A DNA stretch of 64,000 bases from Perna viridis. Its lineage: Eukaryota. Positions 1-13,016 of the stretch are shown here, piece after piece. Under the pieces are notes generated by a model. It was given only the letters and a program-made list of their open reading frames with translations. It ran no database searches and was not told the origin of the DNA. The stretch lies in NCBI GenBank assembly GCA_037379345.1, contig CM074515.1:49481743-49545742 (forward strand), in the 5' to 3' direction. Within the stretch, counting starts at the first letter, position 1; the number at the start of each line of letters is the position of its first letter. Made by a program: the position numbers and the translations under genes.

Positions 1-1199
1 ATTTTGGCACAAATACATGTATTTTGTTTTGAGAGGGTAAAGTTTTGCAAAATTTAAGACTGTAGCTATTTCAATATGTATTACACGTAGTAGCATCATT
101 CAACAATAAAGATGATTCATAAATACAGAAAATTTTAACTTTGATATCACACCTTCAACAAATTTCACAAAATTATGAGGCAAATTTCAACCATAAATGT
201 ACCTGACCCTTTAACTAAAGGAAGGAATCCTTTTATACCAGAAATATCATTTTCAAGCCTTACATTCTTATCAAATGACCTGTAAGTCTAATACTGATAA
301 AAATCAATGACATTAACTGTAAAATTTTGTAACCAACATCCTAGATCAGATGTTATAAATATCAATTAAACAACTTCAGCATACATGTATATTGGAGGAT
401 TATGTACTTCCTAGTATAATCATTACAACATTGGATTTCCCCTCAAAGTACATGAGAAAACTGAAACTGTCAAGGTATTATGAAAAGAGGGAACACAAAT
501 GTTTTCTTTACTGAGCAATAAAAAATAAAAACAGAAAGTGTTTCTGGAAGACTTGATCTGGCCATTGTATTAGAGTTATCTACATCCAAAGATTCACCAT
601 TAAATGACATGATGGTCAAACGACCTTGAAATTATTGACCCTCCTGACATTTCAGACCATCATAAGAGATCAACAACATTATATCCCTGCAATAAGAATG
701 CTTGTTAAAATATTGAAAGTGTTCAGATAAACAGAAAGATCATGCAGAAACATGTAAGAAAATCTACATAAATTTTACATTAATATTCTTTACTTTGTTT
801 CCGTCCAGTTTCATTTACAGTTTTATCTTTTGAATGACATGAAGCGAAGACAAAAATCACTACAGTCACATTAAAGTTTCATATGATATGTCTCTCCTAT
901 CTAAACCTTCATTTAGCAGATTACGCAAATAAATTTTCCGCCATTTAACACGTAGACATGAAGACAAATGTATACAGTGTGACCAATTATTGTCAATTTA
1001 AACTGGCAGAGCACAGTCGATTTCTATCTGTGAATAATTCACAAGAACATTTCTTCGCCAATATCTATCAAAAAGAGGAGAAATGATAACTTCCAAGGGT
1101 TAAATAGTCCAGACATTATAACATTTGTTCCATGGACTCTGACAGAGCGAAAAATTGACTTCTCTGTTATGATTATTAATGAATACATAAGTTACTTAC

Positions 1200-1227
1200 C
1201 AATATTCTTCCTTGTCAGACTTGCTGT
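1200..1227 (-). other. Candidate 28-nt exon of a large minus-strand transcript
   Basis: Minus strand reads ttttcttttatctttcag|ACAGCAAGTCTGACAAGGAAGAATATTG|gtaagt: strong polypyrimidine tract, CAG acceptor and consensus donor. Confidence 0.7.
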
Positions 1228-4200
1228 CTGAAAGATAAAAGAAAATCTACATATTAAATCTAGGAGAAATACATTTTTTCTTCATTTCATCAACATATTA
1301 ATTGGTCTTTTTCTGCCTGAATGGTATACCTATTGTTTCTACATAAATCATCTTTCATTTAAACACCTTTCTTCATTCATTTAATGATATACTTGTCACG
1401 TTATACATGGAATTCTCAGAGACTGTCATGGGCATCAATTTGTCAAAGTTTCATTATAATCCACAGAACAGTTGAAACACTAGCCCTTTACAATCATACC
1501 ACCAATACAAAACTTCTACATACATAATGATATACATTTACATATTTTTTAAACTCACTTAACATGTTGAAGAGTTAGAACTATCTAGTCCGAAATAACT
1601 AAACTGATTGAATCTAGAATTCAGTGAAACAGTCCAGGAAAGGCTACAAAGTCTCTCCAGGAACAAATTAACTGTTTAGAGAAAAAAATGCCTCTGGGAG
1701 CTCATTATTTTGGATTTAAGTTTATATAAATTTCTTGTTTAAAATCAAGACTATGTATAACTTTATAATCTTGGTCAAGAAGTAAGTTATAACTTGAAGT
1801 AAGTCAAACCATTTTAAGTATTCAAATAACTCAACATGGTTCATGTTACTTCCTTGCATTGTGTAGTGTGTTAAAGAAATAAAATACACCCTTGTTTATT
1901 GTGGAAATTGTGTCTAGTAATTTGTTGATTTCTAAAACCAAGTTTTATTACCATGTTAATTGTTTCCTGTAATGTTACATATACCTTAAATTAATATAAC
2001 AAATATTGAAAGATTCATGGATTCCTCAAGGACGTCTGCAATTGTTTTGGCTGAACCAGATTTAAAATATTGACATTCCGAACAATATAAAGTGCAGCAG
2101 TTTCAAAACATCAGATAAAAGTGAAAGATAATCGAGAAAGGTAGAACATGTTTTCAGAATGGACCAGAAACTGGTTAAAGTTGTTTTAAGATGGTTCCTA
2201 CACCTCAACTTTATTACGTGGTAAAAATTCAAACATAGCGTTTAAAGTTGTTGTAACTCAAAGTGGTAAATTAGATTTGTCCATGAGACATTTCTATACA
2301 AAGCTTATGTCAAAATACTAAGTGGCTGTGACTAGTAGTTGCAGAGATAACTATGACAAGTTCAGACAGACAATGGTGAAATAGTACCCCCCTTTTTCTT
2401 AATAGCATGGCTTCAAAAATAATAATAGCAAAAAATCTGATGTCAGTTTTCCCTAAATTTATTGGTATAGTTCTTAGAAAGACATGTATTCATTACATCA
2501 TGATGTATATTATTTACAAGTGACATATGTTGTGATTTACAACTACTTAAATTTCAGAATGGTTTCCAGAAATATTCAGTGAACCAAAAATTGACAAATC
2601 ATGACCTTTAAAGTTTGTTTTTGTTTTGCAATAATTAAACTGAAAATTTGATATAGTAAAACATTAGCTGAGAAAAAGGGCTGGGAAGGCAAAGTTGTGC
2701 TTTGTAAACATAACGTTTTCCCTATATATTATTTCAGATGAGTTGCTTTTAAACATGAAATTGGTCTGGAGTGAATTTATTGCCTCCTCTGCCTTCGATT
2801 TACAGCATTTTAAAGACTAGAACTAAAAAATTTGAAAATATCATTAACCTGCTAGAAAATAATAGGCAAGTCTAGACATACTTTAACTTCTAATGATAAG
2901 GAACCAGAATAATAGTCAAGAGAACTGAGCTAACAGCAAAACAAATATCTGGACAAGGGACCAAATTAATAATTTGTCATAAATTGAGGAAAAAACAAAT
3001 ATGCAGGTCCTGCTTGGTTCTTTGTTCTAAGACCAACCGAACTTTGTCATTGTACTAGATAATGACCAAATTTAGAAATCAGTTGACATAAAGGGGCAGG
3101 AACCCTGACAGAAATGTTTCTCAGACAAATCCAAATACATCAAGTACAGCGGCCCAAGTGTCAGCGGTCAATTATACGGCTTAATTGACCATTAGTTTCC
3201 TAACGTTATTATTGCCCATCCACGGTTATCTGATTTGTCTAGACGCTTCAGAGTTAATCAGATCCTGAAAGCTGAATTGTACCGGTATACATTAATTGTA
3301 GCTTTCTGTCTGTCATATAACTATCGGACATATCAATAATACCATAGAATATACATCTAGCTTCAAGAGAAGATTCGTGTTGAGTTACCATTTATAGTCC
3401 AGTTTTCAACAAATCATTCCTATTTGTCACTGAAAAATAAGTAACTGACAGGCTATCCATAGGTTACATGGCCATCTGATTGGTCAAATCTGATTTGGAG
3501 GCGTGGTCGATACCAAATCAAGATTGACAAATAAGGGCATGAAAAAGAGAAGTATGGAGTAGGCCAAGCTACATTGAACAACTTTTGGACAGTCCATTGC
3601 TTTTTCCCTTTTTCTTCAACAATATTTTTGGCCATTTATGTACCTTAAAGGTAACTGATGTTTTGTTCCCTGCTACTACTGCTTTATCTTACATTAAGAC
3701 CTTTGATGATTAGTGAGGTGCTTCAGCATTGCAAGGAAGGTTTGAATGCATGAATACTAAATAGTTTTTGCCTTTTTTCATATTATTTCATAAAAGAAAC
3801 ATATTATTCTAGAAACTTGCAGGTGTATTTAGCTTTGTGATTTCAGTCTACAACCTAGGCAACACAGCAATATTGCATTCACCTCTTCATTAATGAATAA
3901 AAATGCTTTAAAAGAACAATAAAAAAATGTTTCCTACCAAACAGCAAACAAAGAGGTTTCCAATTTGAACATTGGTCTGATGTGAAAATGGAATTTACAT
4001 GTTTCAAATTGCAACACACAACTAAGAAACTGAATTCTGTCAGTCATTCTCATAGTTGGTGACAAGTTCACTTTTTTGGTTACTTTCTCCATAATTATTC
4101 ATCACTAACATTCAGACAGACTCATTAAGCAGATCAAGATGAACACTAATCAATGAAACATATTTACCACAGACCAATAAAAAATATTTTTATTTGATCA

Positions 4201-7200
4201 TAAAAAATGAAATAATTTGGTCTGTGTAATAAGAAAGATAAAGTGAAAGCGGATTAGATGTAGCTAACATACATACTTCGTTATATTCTAATTATAAGTT
4301 TGATGTCACAATAGTATCGCAATAGACAAGGAAATTGCTTCGACAGTATGGTCATTCTGCTTAGCCTTACGGACAGCTATGTCTAGACTACTCTCATTGA
4401 TTTCTGTAGAAGTGATATATAGGCAATGTTTTAGGGTATTATGTAGACTGGACATATCATCCCGCAGATTGACTTTTTTAATTCATTTATTTTTGTCACG
4501 TTGGCGAGACAAATAAAACTAAGTGGCAGAATATGAAAAAAGGAGTAAAGAGAGTCATTTACACCTCTCGCGTCACATGATAAGTGTTTCTTACAGACAG
4601 CAATATTGTTGACTAGAATATCTGCAGTATAAAATGGAGGCCCCAAGGAGCTAATATAACTCATCAATGTTGATAATATCCTTTAGACAGTGGTGATATA
4701 ATTTTGTAAGAATGGAGTAAATCACATCAAAGTTTAATTGGTGCACAGACAGCTACCATCTTTTATCAAGAAGTCTTCAATATTTTCCCAAAAGCCAAAT
4801 TCTTTACCTGATCCCCTGAAGATTAAAAATGAGAATAAATATATTTTGTAGGAAACTATCAATGGATCAATTCAATGGCAATACAAAATTAATCATGACA
4901 ACAAACAATCTGGAATTCATACTACACAATCAAATATAACAAAATACCATCAGTAAACTAAAGTTGTTTTTTTCCCTCAGTTCCTTATAGATATGAAACT
5001 TAATTCCTAATAGCTTATTAGCCACATAATAAAACAGTGACATTCCAAGATATAGGTATTTTACAATTCCATGCCCAGGAAAAATATATCTTAAATTGTC
5101 ATGGGAACTATTTAGCGATAAAAATATAGAAACCCTGATAAAAAAACTGAAAAAATCAAGCTAGTAGATTGTCATCCAAACTATTGCCACTTGTGCTGCT
5201 GTCACTAATACAATGATTTCCTCCTATTTAGATTCAGACAAATTTCTATACTGACAAACTTTTATTGATAAGTTAATATCATATTTGGTGTTATCAATAT
5301 AATAACAGTGAAAAAAAGCTCTCTATAACCAAAGTAAGACTTTAGCCAGTTGCTCGACGACAGAAAAAAAACATCAATATCAGCTATTCAGTAACTGCAT
5401 AGCCATCAGACTATGAAATCAGTCTTTTCCGAGGTAGTTAACGTAATGAATATTGCAACATTGACTCCTCATAAAAACGTCTAATGTTCAATAAAAAGAC
5501 CTCCGTCAGTAACAACCACTGCATTTAAACACATCAAATTCAAATGAAACAAAATCCTTTTCTTTGTGTTTTACAGACGAATGACTTCTGATGTCAAATA
5601 AGATAATATTGTATGGAGGTGTCGGGCCAGAATAATTTCAACAAAAGACATTATCTATAAGTACACTCAAGGTACAATATAGGAAACCATTAATATATGA
5701 AATATACCAACAAATGTCACCAGTAAAAAAAACTATTGTTAATCAATGAAATACTTTATAAGTATTCATTTGTGGCCTATTTTAGCAGACAAATCATATT
5801 GAATGAGCCTTGTTGGGGCAGGATGCAAATCAAATAATTGATTAATTTATGCCCTAGACTGTCTGGAATAATATCCCTTTAAAATAAAGTGCTATCAATT
5901 AATGCTGACAATGAGTTAGTTAGGTCTTTTAATATTTAATCATTAAATAATGCAATCTGATGCTGAAGTAGCAACACCAATTTTGCCTGGGGTGTTTTTA
6001 GGAAATTGAGTTATCTCCCTTTGTGTATTTTGGCTTTTTTAAAGGAAAAACCAGTTCTACAAATAACATTGTATCTTTTTAATTCTTCACATAAATCATC
6101 AATTCTTCAAAAAGAAATACTACAAACCAAACCAAATAAAGCCTTCTGATTAGTTCAATATCATATCATCAGACAATAATGACTTAACTGCAGCAGAATA
6201 CCAGACAAAAGTCAACATTGTCATGGTCTAGTGAAGAATTGATCAGACAGACTTGGTACTTGGAAACTTCCTAGAATTTTTCTTTCAATCCTACAATTTG
6301 ATATTCTGACAGAAATGAAACTCAACTCTACAGACAGAGTAATATCAAAATGGTTGGACAAACTGTCGGCCACAGGCAGATAAGGATCAATATAATTTAA
6401 CTACATACAATGTACACAAATTTAAAAAAGACTTTAAAAAGCTTGGATATAAATCCAAATTTGAATAGACTAAAATATTCAATGAGGTCAATGACATTCT
6501 CAATACCCACTGTATACCATTTCTCCATTTCTTTGGTAGTTAAGAGAAAATCTCTGACCCTCTCCCTCCTTTTCTGTGGTTCAGGTAGATAGGATACATG
6601 TATTGTTTAAGTTTCAAGGTGAAAAATGCTCTCTATGAAGTTCTAAGTGTCACACATCATACAATTATTAACATTTTTCCCACATTCAATCAAATTATTA
6701 ACAATAAAACCATGAAAGTTAACAAACTAGTAACAACTTGAGAATCAGTTAACTGACAAACACCCAAATTTTAAAGACTTCAATGTCAAAATAACACCAG
6801 TGACCTAATTAGTTCTTACCAGAATAGAAATCCATCAATTTTTGAGTGGCACAGATTTAATACAGATGATAATCTTGCTATTTTTCCGACACCTCATTAT
6901 AAGACTAATGGTATTCACCCCTAAGAACATATCGGTAGTTATGTTATTTAAATGAAAAAAAAAGGTAGACTTGAAATAAATCAATCAGACTGTTCGATCG
7001 GAATTGATCAGTGAAGCAAAAAAGAACCCAACTCTTTAAACATAAAAAAAACCTTATGTCTGGGTCACTATGAGGTGCACTTAGGTAAGATACAGGTGTG
7101 ATAACAAATTAGTTACCTGTATAATTTAAGATCTTGTATAAAGACACAAGTGGAAACATTGCATTAATATTAGACCAATAAAAATTACTGTGCAATAGAA

Positions 7201-8103
7201 AAATGTCTGCAAGGCAATTTCTATACAAGTATATATATATGTTCTAGACTATGGTGACACACAGATGACATCATTGTTCAAAGGGTTAGGTAAATACAGA
7301 CTGCTAAGTAAACTTAAATCTCCAAGGAATTTACAATATAACAGATTTAAAGGTAAAATTGTCTGATTATTCCACATAGAAATGAAATGATATTGTTACA
7401 ATAGAAATAATTTTTCCACTCTATAAATTTCCCTTGTGGATAATGAATATCCCTAGTTTTCATTTGATGGAAAAATAAAAATTATACACCTATACATATT
7501 CATCATAAGGGATAAAGGTTTTGTTCCATACATCAATTACAAATATAGAAAGGCTGTAAACACAGAAAAATGAATATCTTTACTACAGAAAAACCTACAA
7601 ATTGTCTGACTATTTTTAAAACTAAAAAATTGAAATTTTGTCCTGTGGACTATCTAGTGAGACAAGTAAGTGTCAAACCATGATCCCCTTTTTATTCAAC
7701 AATGAGAAACATGCACTACTGCTGCTGATATCAATTTTTCTACTAGTCCTGTCTATTCAGGATTCCATAAATCCTGAAATCTGTTAAAACCAAACAAAAA
7801 CTTCAGGTCTAATGGGATTGGATTTTTTTTTATCCAAAAACTTATTGTTACTAATGCACAGGTCCTAACCCTGTTCTTTAATTCAACAAACCACTCTATG
7901 ACAATAACACCTAACTGGTGGTAATAAAATAGTTCTTACAGACTGTAGTCATTTCAAAACCATTCTATAGCTCTCCTACTAAGGCAAGGAATTTCATTCA
8001 GAATAATAAAAAAAAACTTTGTATGTAAACTAATACTACCAGTCAATAACTTTCTTCATCATTTAACTTGTCCAAACAATTAGTTGTCAACATTTTTCAA
8101 AAG

Positions 8104-8320
8104 CAGTGTTCTAGGATTCCTATTTCCCGTTACCGGGCAAGTGAAATTTGGGTCAGGGAAAGTTAGGTACTTAAGTTACATTTTCCTGTGGCAAGTTGAA
8201 AACTTCATATGCTGTAAGGATTTGTTTTGTTAGGAAAGCAGTCATTGACTGTGGGAAAGTTGATTTTATATGGATTTTTCCTCAGAAAAACCTCAATTTC
8301 TGAAAAATCCTAGAACACTG
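8104..8320. mobile_element. MITE-like element, hAT-like CAGTG termini
   Basis: Perfect 15-bp TIR CAGTGTTCTAGGATT / AATCCTAGAACACTG; internal repeated GG(C/A)AAGT motif; no clear TSD. Confidence 0.75.
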
Positions 8321-9544
8321 AATGGGAGTCCATAATTGTTCAATCAAGATAACGTAGTAAAAGTCTCATAAGACTGATTATTTAAAAGCAAATACCCAAC
8401 AGATAGTGACGAACATGACAATGACAAAAACATTAAAACTATTATCAACAAGCAAAATAACAAACCTCCCACAAACTACCAATTACTTCAACAAAATTGG
8501 AAAAAAAAAGAGAAAACAAGAAGTTGCAGGCTTTGTCTTGCTGCATGTAGGCATACCCTTACTTCTATAGGAAGTAGATATTAGACAACAACTAAAATCA
8601 TTACATTCTTTGGCCCATCTATATAAATCCACATACCAAATTTAAAATCAATCCATTTATTTGGAGGAAAAATAATTGCAACAAAACTTGTAGAGAGAGA
8701 AAAAGGTCGGACAAGGCAATTTCAATAAACCACTAACTCATTGAGTGGAGGTACAATATAAGTTGTACAATTTTGTATATTTATTCTCCTTCTTTTCCAT
8801 TCTAAAATCTATCTTCTACAGAAAACTATTACCATCAAATATCTCAGCTAAGTAAAGTAAGCAATCTAATAATAAAATCCGTTCAATTTAGAAAAGAAAT
8901 GTGATATTCCATTCTTCCTTTCCAAGGGTTAATGGATGCCTAATACAACATCATATTTCTAAATGTCTGCCACAATTTGACGTATCCTTACCAAATATCA
9001 AAGCGATAGACTTCAATCACAGAAAGTGCCTTTTAAAAACCGATTACTAAAGACTGGTAGAAACAATAGTATCTCAACTTCTTTATTTGAACGCTGGTAA
9101 TAGGAGAATCTTGGAATCCACAAGTGACATATTGACTAAGTAAATCTTACACTTACGATGCTTTGATTTGAACCAACACAAATTAGATTTTTTTAATGAC
9201 ACTTTCACATCATTTAATTCCTAAGGATATTCATTAAGATTTTTAACAAGGCTTATCATCACTTACTGATTACCATACACATTTTTTCTACTCTGTCAAA
9301 CAACTGTTAAACAAGGAGAAAATGTTTTTTTTTGAATTTTTGAAAGGAGAAAAAAAAACGTTCGTCTTGTCACATTCCACAGAATTAAGTTCTCATGGGA
9401 CAAGTAAAATGATTAATGGAATATATAGAACTACAAAGTGCTTGTAACCAATTATTGTCATCAGGAGATGTGAGACAAAGCATTCAACCAAAATATTGGT
9501 TTAAACATCTTTTCCATTTGTTTGGGTTTGGAAGTAGGCTAGTA

Positions 9545-9875
9545 CTTGATTTATCCTGGCTTGTATTAGAATGACTTAATTCAGCTCCATTTAGGAAGAG
9601 GCTTAAGACTTCTTTTAGCTTGGTTTAGAGAATGGCTTAAGACTTCTTTTAGTTTGGTTTAAAGAATGGTTTAAAACTTATTTCAAATTCAGCTTTGCTT
9701 AGAAAGGTTTCAAACTTAACTAAGTTTGATTTCCAAAGGTTTCAAACTTATTTTGGCTTGGTTTTGAATGGTATTAGACTAATATCAACTTGTTTCAGAA
9801 CATTTCGGACTTGGTTTAGCAAGCTTAATCAAGGAAGGTTTTCCACTTATTTCAGCTGGGTTTGGTTTAGGGAGG
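9545..9875. repeat. Old degenerate ~35-bp tandem repeat
   Basis: Recurring GCTTGGTTTAG...AATGGCTTAAGACTT.TTT.AG; accounts for ORF 9695-9955. Confidence 0.65.
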
Positions 9876-9973
9876 TTTTAATTGATATAGACTGGCTAAA
9901 GATATGGTTCATTGTTGGTTTGCTGAGACCATTTCAGTGGCAACCCATCTCATAACATACCTATAATATTTAC

Positions 9974-10031
9974 CTATTTCTTCCGTCAACCATATGGCTA
10001 TGTATTGAGCTATTCTTCTACTTCATTGTAC
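9974..10031 (-). other. Candidate 58-nt non-coding (5' UTR-like) exon
   Basis: cttatattttatag|GTACAATG...GAAGAAATAG|gtaaat; purine-rich GAAGAA enhancer-like content; stops in all three frames. Confidence 0.6.
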
Positions 10032-12007
10032 CTATAAAATATAAGTAATCTTTATTAATTTTTAAACGACAATCCTTCTGTATGACTGAATAAAATGGTT
10101 TCTATAATTAGAAGATGTTTAACATCAAAATAATTCATACTGTTAATATAAAAGCAGAAATACAAAGTTAAATATATGATGATGTAATAGATACTGAGAT
10201 CTGCAAAAAAGCAGCATGTCACAGAATGAAGTCATATCTGCAAAAGGACCTGGATCATATTCACTGTAACCTGGGATTAGGACACGATAAAAACTTCAGA
10301 GCATACCCAAACCAATACTTTAGAATACTGATACAATGTCATTCTCTCAAACTCTCATGCAATCCACTTCTACTGTAGTTCAGTCTGTGTATTACATTAT
10401 CTTATTACTTCTATCATAAAACCTTTCAATTCCGTCACACACACAAATATTTTCAATAGAAGTCATTCCATTTTTACCCAGCTGGATCAGCATTCATAAG
10501 TCTGACATGTAACTCAGTATGGCTTTTAATTTAATTACTTCAGTCTAGCCTTTAGTACTATTTGTCTCTATAACAAAACTCTAAGGTCTCCCAAAGGCGT
10601 TATCAATAACCCATGCATTTTTTAATGCAATTAGTTAACCTACATCAAAACCATGGAGAAACTGACAGAAATTTATCAAGGTATTTTTTTCATATCATTT
10701 GTCCAGACATCTGTATTGTAATTGTTGTTCAGAAAATATCACCGAATATATTTTAATGTAAATATAACAAGAGCAATAACTCTGTCAATAAAGTTGTCCC
10801 ACTAAACAGATTTACACCCCCCCACACTAGTTGGGGTATAAAAATTGTCCCTAGTAATCTGCAGAATGTTAACAGTAAATCCTTGAAAACTGATGTGAGA
10901 ATAAGGTCACTCATGTTACCATTCTCACAATAACTAAGTAGGTGTGTGTTACCCAGGAGGCCAAAGTTATATATTGGCACATTCTTAAGACCTTGTAAGG
11001 TATGAAAGCTAGCACAGAAAATGACACATCACTCTACACCCATGCAATGGAAATTCTGATTTTAATTGTTTATCCCATTAGCAGTTAATATCAAGGACAA
11101 ACTGCCATGTTATCATTTTACCAAGGATAGTATAAGGTGCTGACCGGAAACTTGTTGCCAATGGAAAGATAGCACAAACTAAACACTACTAAAAAGCTTG
11201 AAGTGTTGACACAACATTACATTATTACACATAAATTACAGATTGTTAATCAAACTGCTAAATAGTCTTTAAACTGTTGCCCCACTTAGTACAATTTTGT
11301 CATATAATTCTACAGAAGGCCTACTTAGATGCAAAACAAGAGCAAAATTAGTTAATGAGTTATTGTATTGCTTCAAATCTGATGAATTCTTCTGAATAAA
11401 ACCATGTTGTCACAAACAAAAATGCTAAAAATAAATACTACAAAAAATTTTTAAAAAGCCGCAGAAACAACACACCCCACGGGCAAAAATTATAGTAGAG
11501 TATGAGGAGATATATTTAAATGGCAGTCAAATTCCTGTACTGAGAATCCTGGCTGGACACATTAAGATATAAATAACAACTGATTGTCTCATTATTTCTT
11601 TTCCAAGGATTTCTTCAAGCAATGTTGGGAACCAGCTGGTTACACAGACTGAAAACAAAGGAATTCTTAGCTGAGAATATTTGACAAAATGAGCAAGTTG
11701 TCAAAAGACATTCATTTTGGAGTTCAAGACTGATTAAAGTTGGTGAATCATAAATTTCAATATATATTTTTCCATCCTAAGACACAATTTTATTCTTTTT
11801 CAATTTCTGCCTAATGAAGCTTCCATAACAACACATCACTTCCAACAGAACACAGCACTCATCAGGTTTAAGGAAACCATCAAAATGCCTCAAGGTTTTT
11901 ACATCATCAGTATCATACAAGAGACTGCTATAAAAGTATAGCTTCTTATCAAAATTGCTTACTAAAATTCATTAATAATTTTTTTCTACTTAGAATAATT
12001 TTTGAAG

Positions 12008-12166
12008 CAGTGATTGGGATTAGAGTGGGCATGTGCTTTCTATCACATTGCTGTTGAAAACATAACATTAAAATCATCTTTTACAAAGAATGTTAAGGAA
12101 TGGCCCATTGAAATTCTGCAGATCATTTAAAATGGTCCGTTCTAAAAATCATAATCCCAATCACTG
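12008..12166. mobile_element. MITE-like element, hAT-like CAGTG termini
   Basis: Perfect 15-bp TIR CAGTGATTGGGATTA / TAATCCCAATCACTG; flanks tttgaag / tttaag may be a decayed TSD. Confidence 0.75.
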
Positions 12167-12518
12167 TTTAAGGTTAAAAATTGGGACCGCATTAAATCAA
12201 AACAGACACTACTCATAGGAACATGAAGCAGAAGAGGGAATTTTAATGGTTGGGAATAAACTAACACAATTTAAGTTCCAAAGTTCATAGGTATAGACTT
12301 TATAAAGTCAATGTTAATTTAAACACTGTATGACTGGTTTAATATTACCCAATATCGGCAAAAAATACTGAAGCATCAGCAATAGGATGATTCAACTACG
12401 TAAAAATCAGACAACATGGCCTGAACACTGGAAACGAAGACAACCTATAGTGAACCTTAGAGAAGATAAGGGATACAAAACATCACATAAAAAGAACTAA
12501 AGCACAAGCAATATGAAC

Positions 12519-13016
12519 TCAAACAGGGAGTGACATCAGGTGTTCCATAAGGTTTAGCATGTTCTGCTTCACCAGTGGCATCAAACAGGGAGTGACATCA
12601 GGTGCTCCATAAGGTTTAGCATGTTCTGCTTCACCAGTGGCATCAAACAGGGAGTGACATCAGGTGCTCCACAAAATTTAGCATGTTCTGCTTCACCAGT
12701 GGCATCAAACAGGGAGTGACATCAGGGGCTCCATAAGGTTTAGAATGTCCTGCTTCACCAGTGGCATCAAACAGGGAGTGACACCAGGTGCTCCACAAGA
12801 TTTAGCATGTTCTGCTTCACCAGTGGCATCAAACAGGGAGTGACATCAGGTGCTCCACAAGGTTTAGCATGTCCTGCTTCACCAGTGGCATCAAACAGGG
12901 AGTGACATCAGGTGCTCCATAAGGTTTAGCATGTCCTGCTTCACCAGTGGCATCAAACAGGGAGTGACATCAGGTGTTCCATAAGGTTTAGCATGTCCTG
13001 CTTCACCAGTGGCATC
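12519..13016. repeat. 62-bp minisatellite, 8 copies, derived from a retroelement 3' UTR core
   Basis: Unit TCAAACAGGGAGTGACATCAGGTGCTCCATAAGGTTTAGCATGTTCTGCTTCACCAGTGGCA starting at 12519, 12581, 12643 ... 12953. Confidence 0.95.

Noticed and set aside
4808-4815. Possible 8-nt micro-exon (cttcag|GGGATCAG|gtaaag, minus strand)
   Set aside because: Modest polypyrimidine tract; not distinguishable from chance without RNA data.
8992-9052. Weaker minus-strand exon-like site pairs (also ~21512-21584 and the acceptor at ~26637)
   Set aside because: Splice signals are moderate and expected by chance in 64 kb of AT-rich DNA.
9974-10031. In-frame TGA in VQ*SRRIAQYIAIWLTEEI(D) read as selenocysteine or readthrough
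   Set aside because: No selenoprotein-like context, the preceding candidate exon ends in TAG in the same frame, and no SECIS can be linked; a UTR is simpler.
12519-13016. Regular repeats (here and at 18, 28.7, 52, 57 and 60 kb) as CRISPR arrays
   Set aside because: Head-to-tail units without unique spacers, no cas genes, eukaryotic context.
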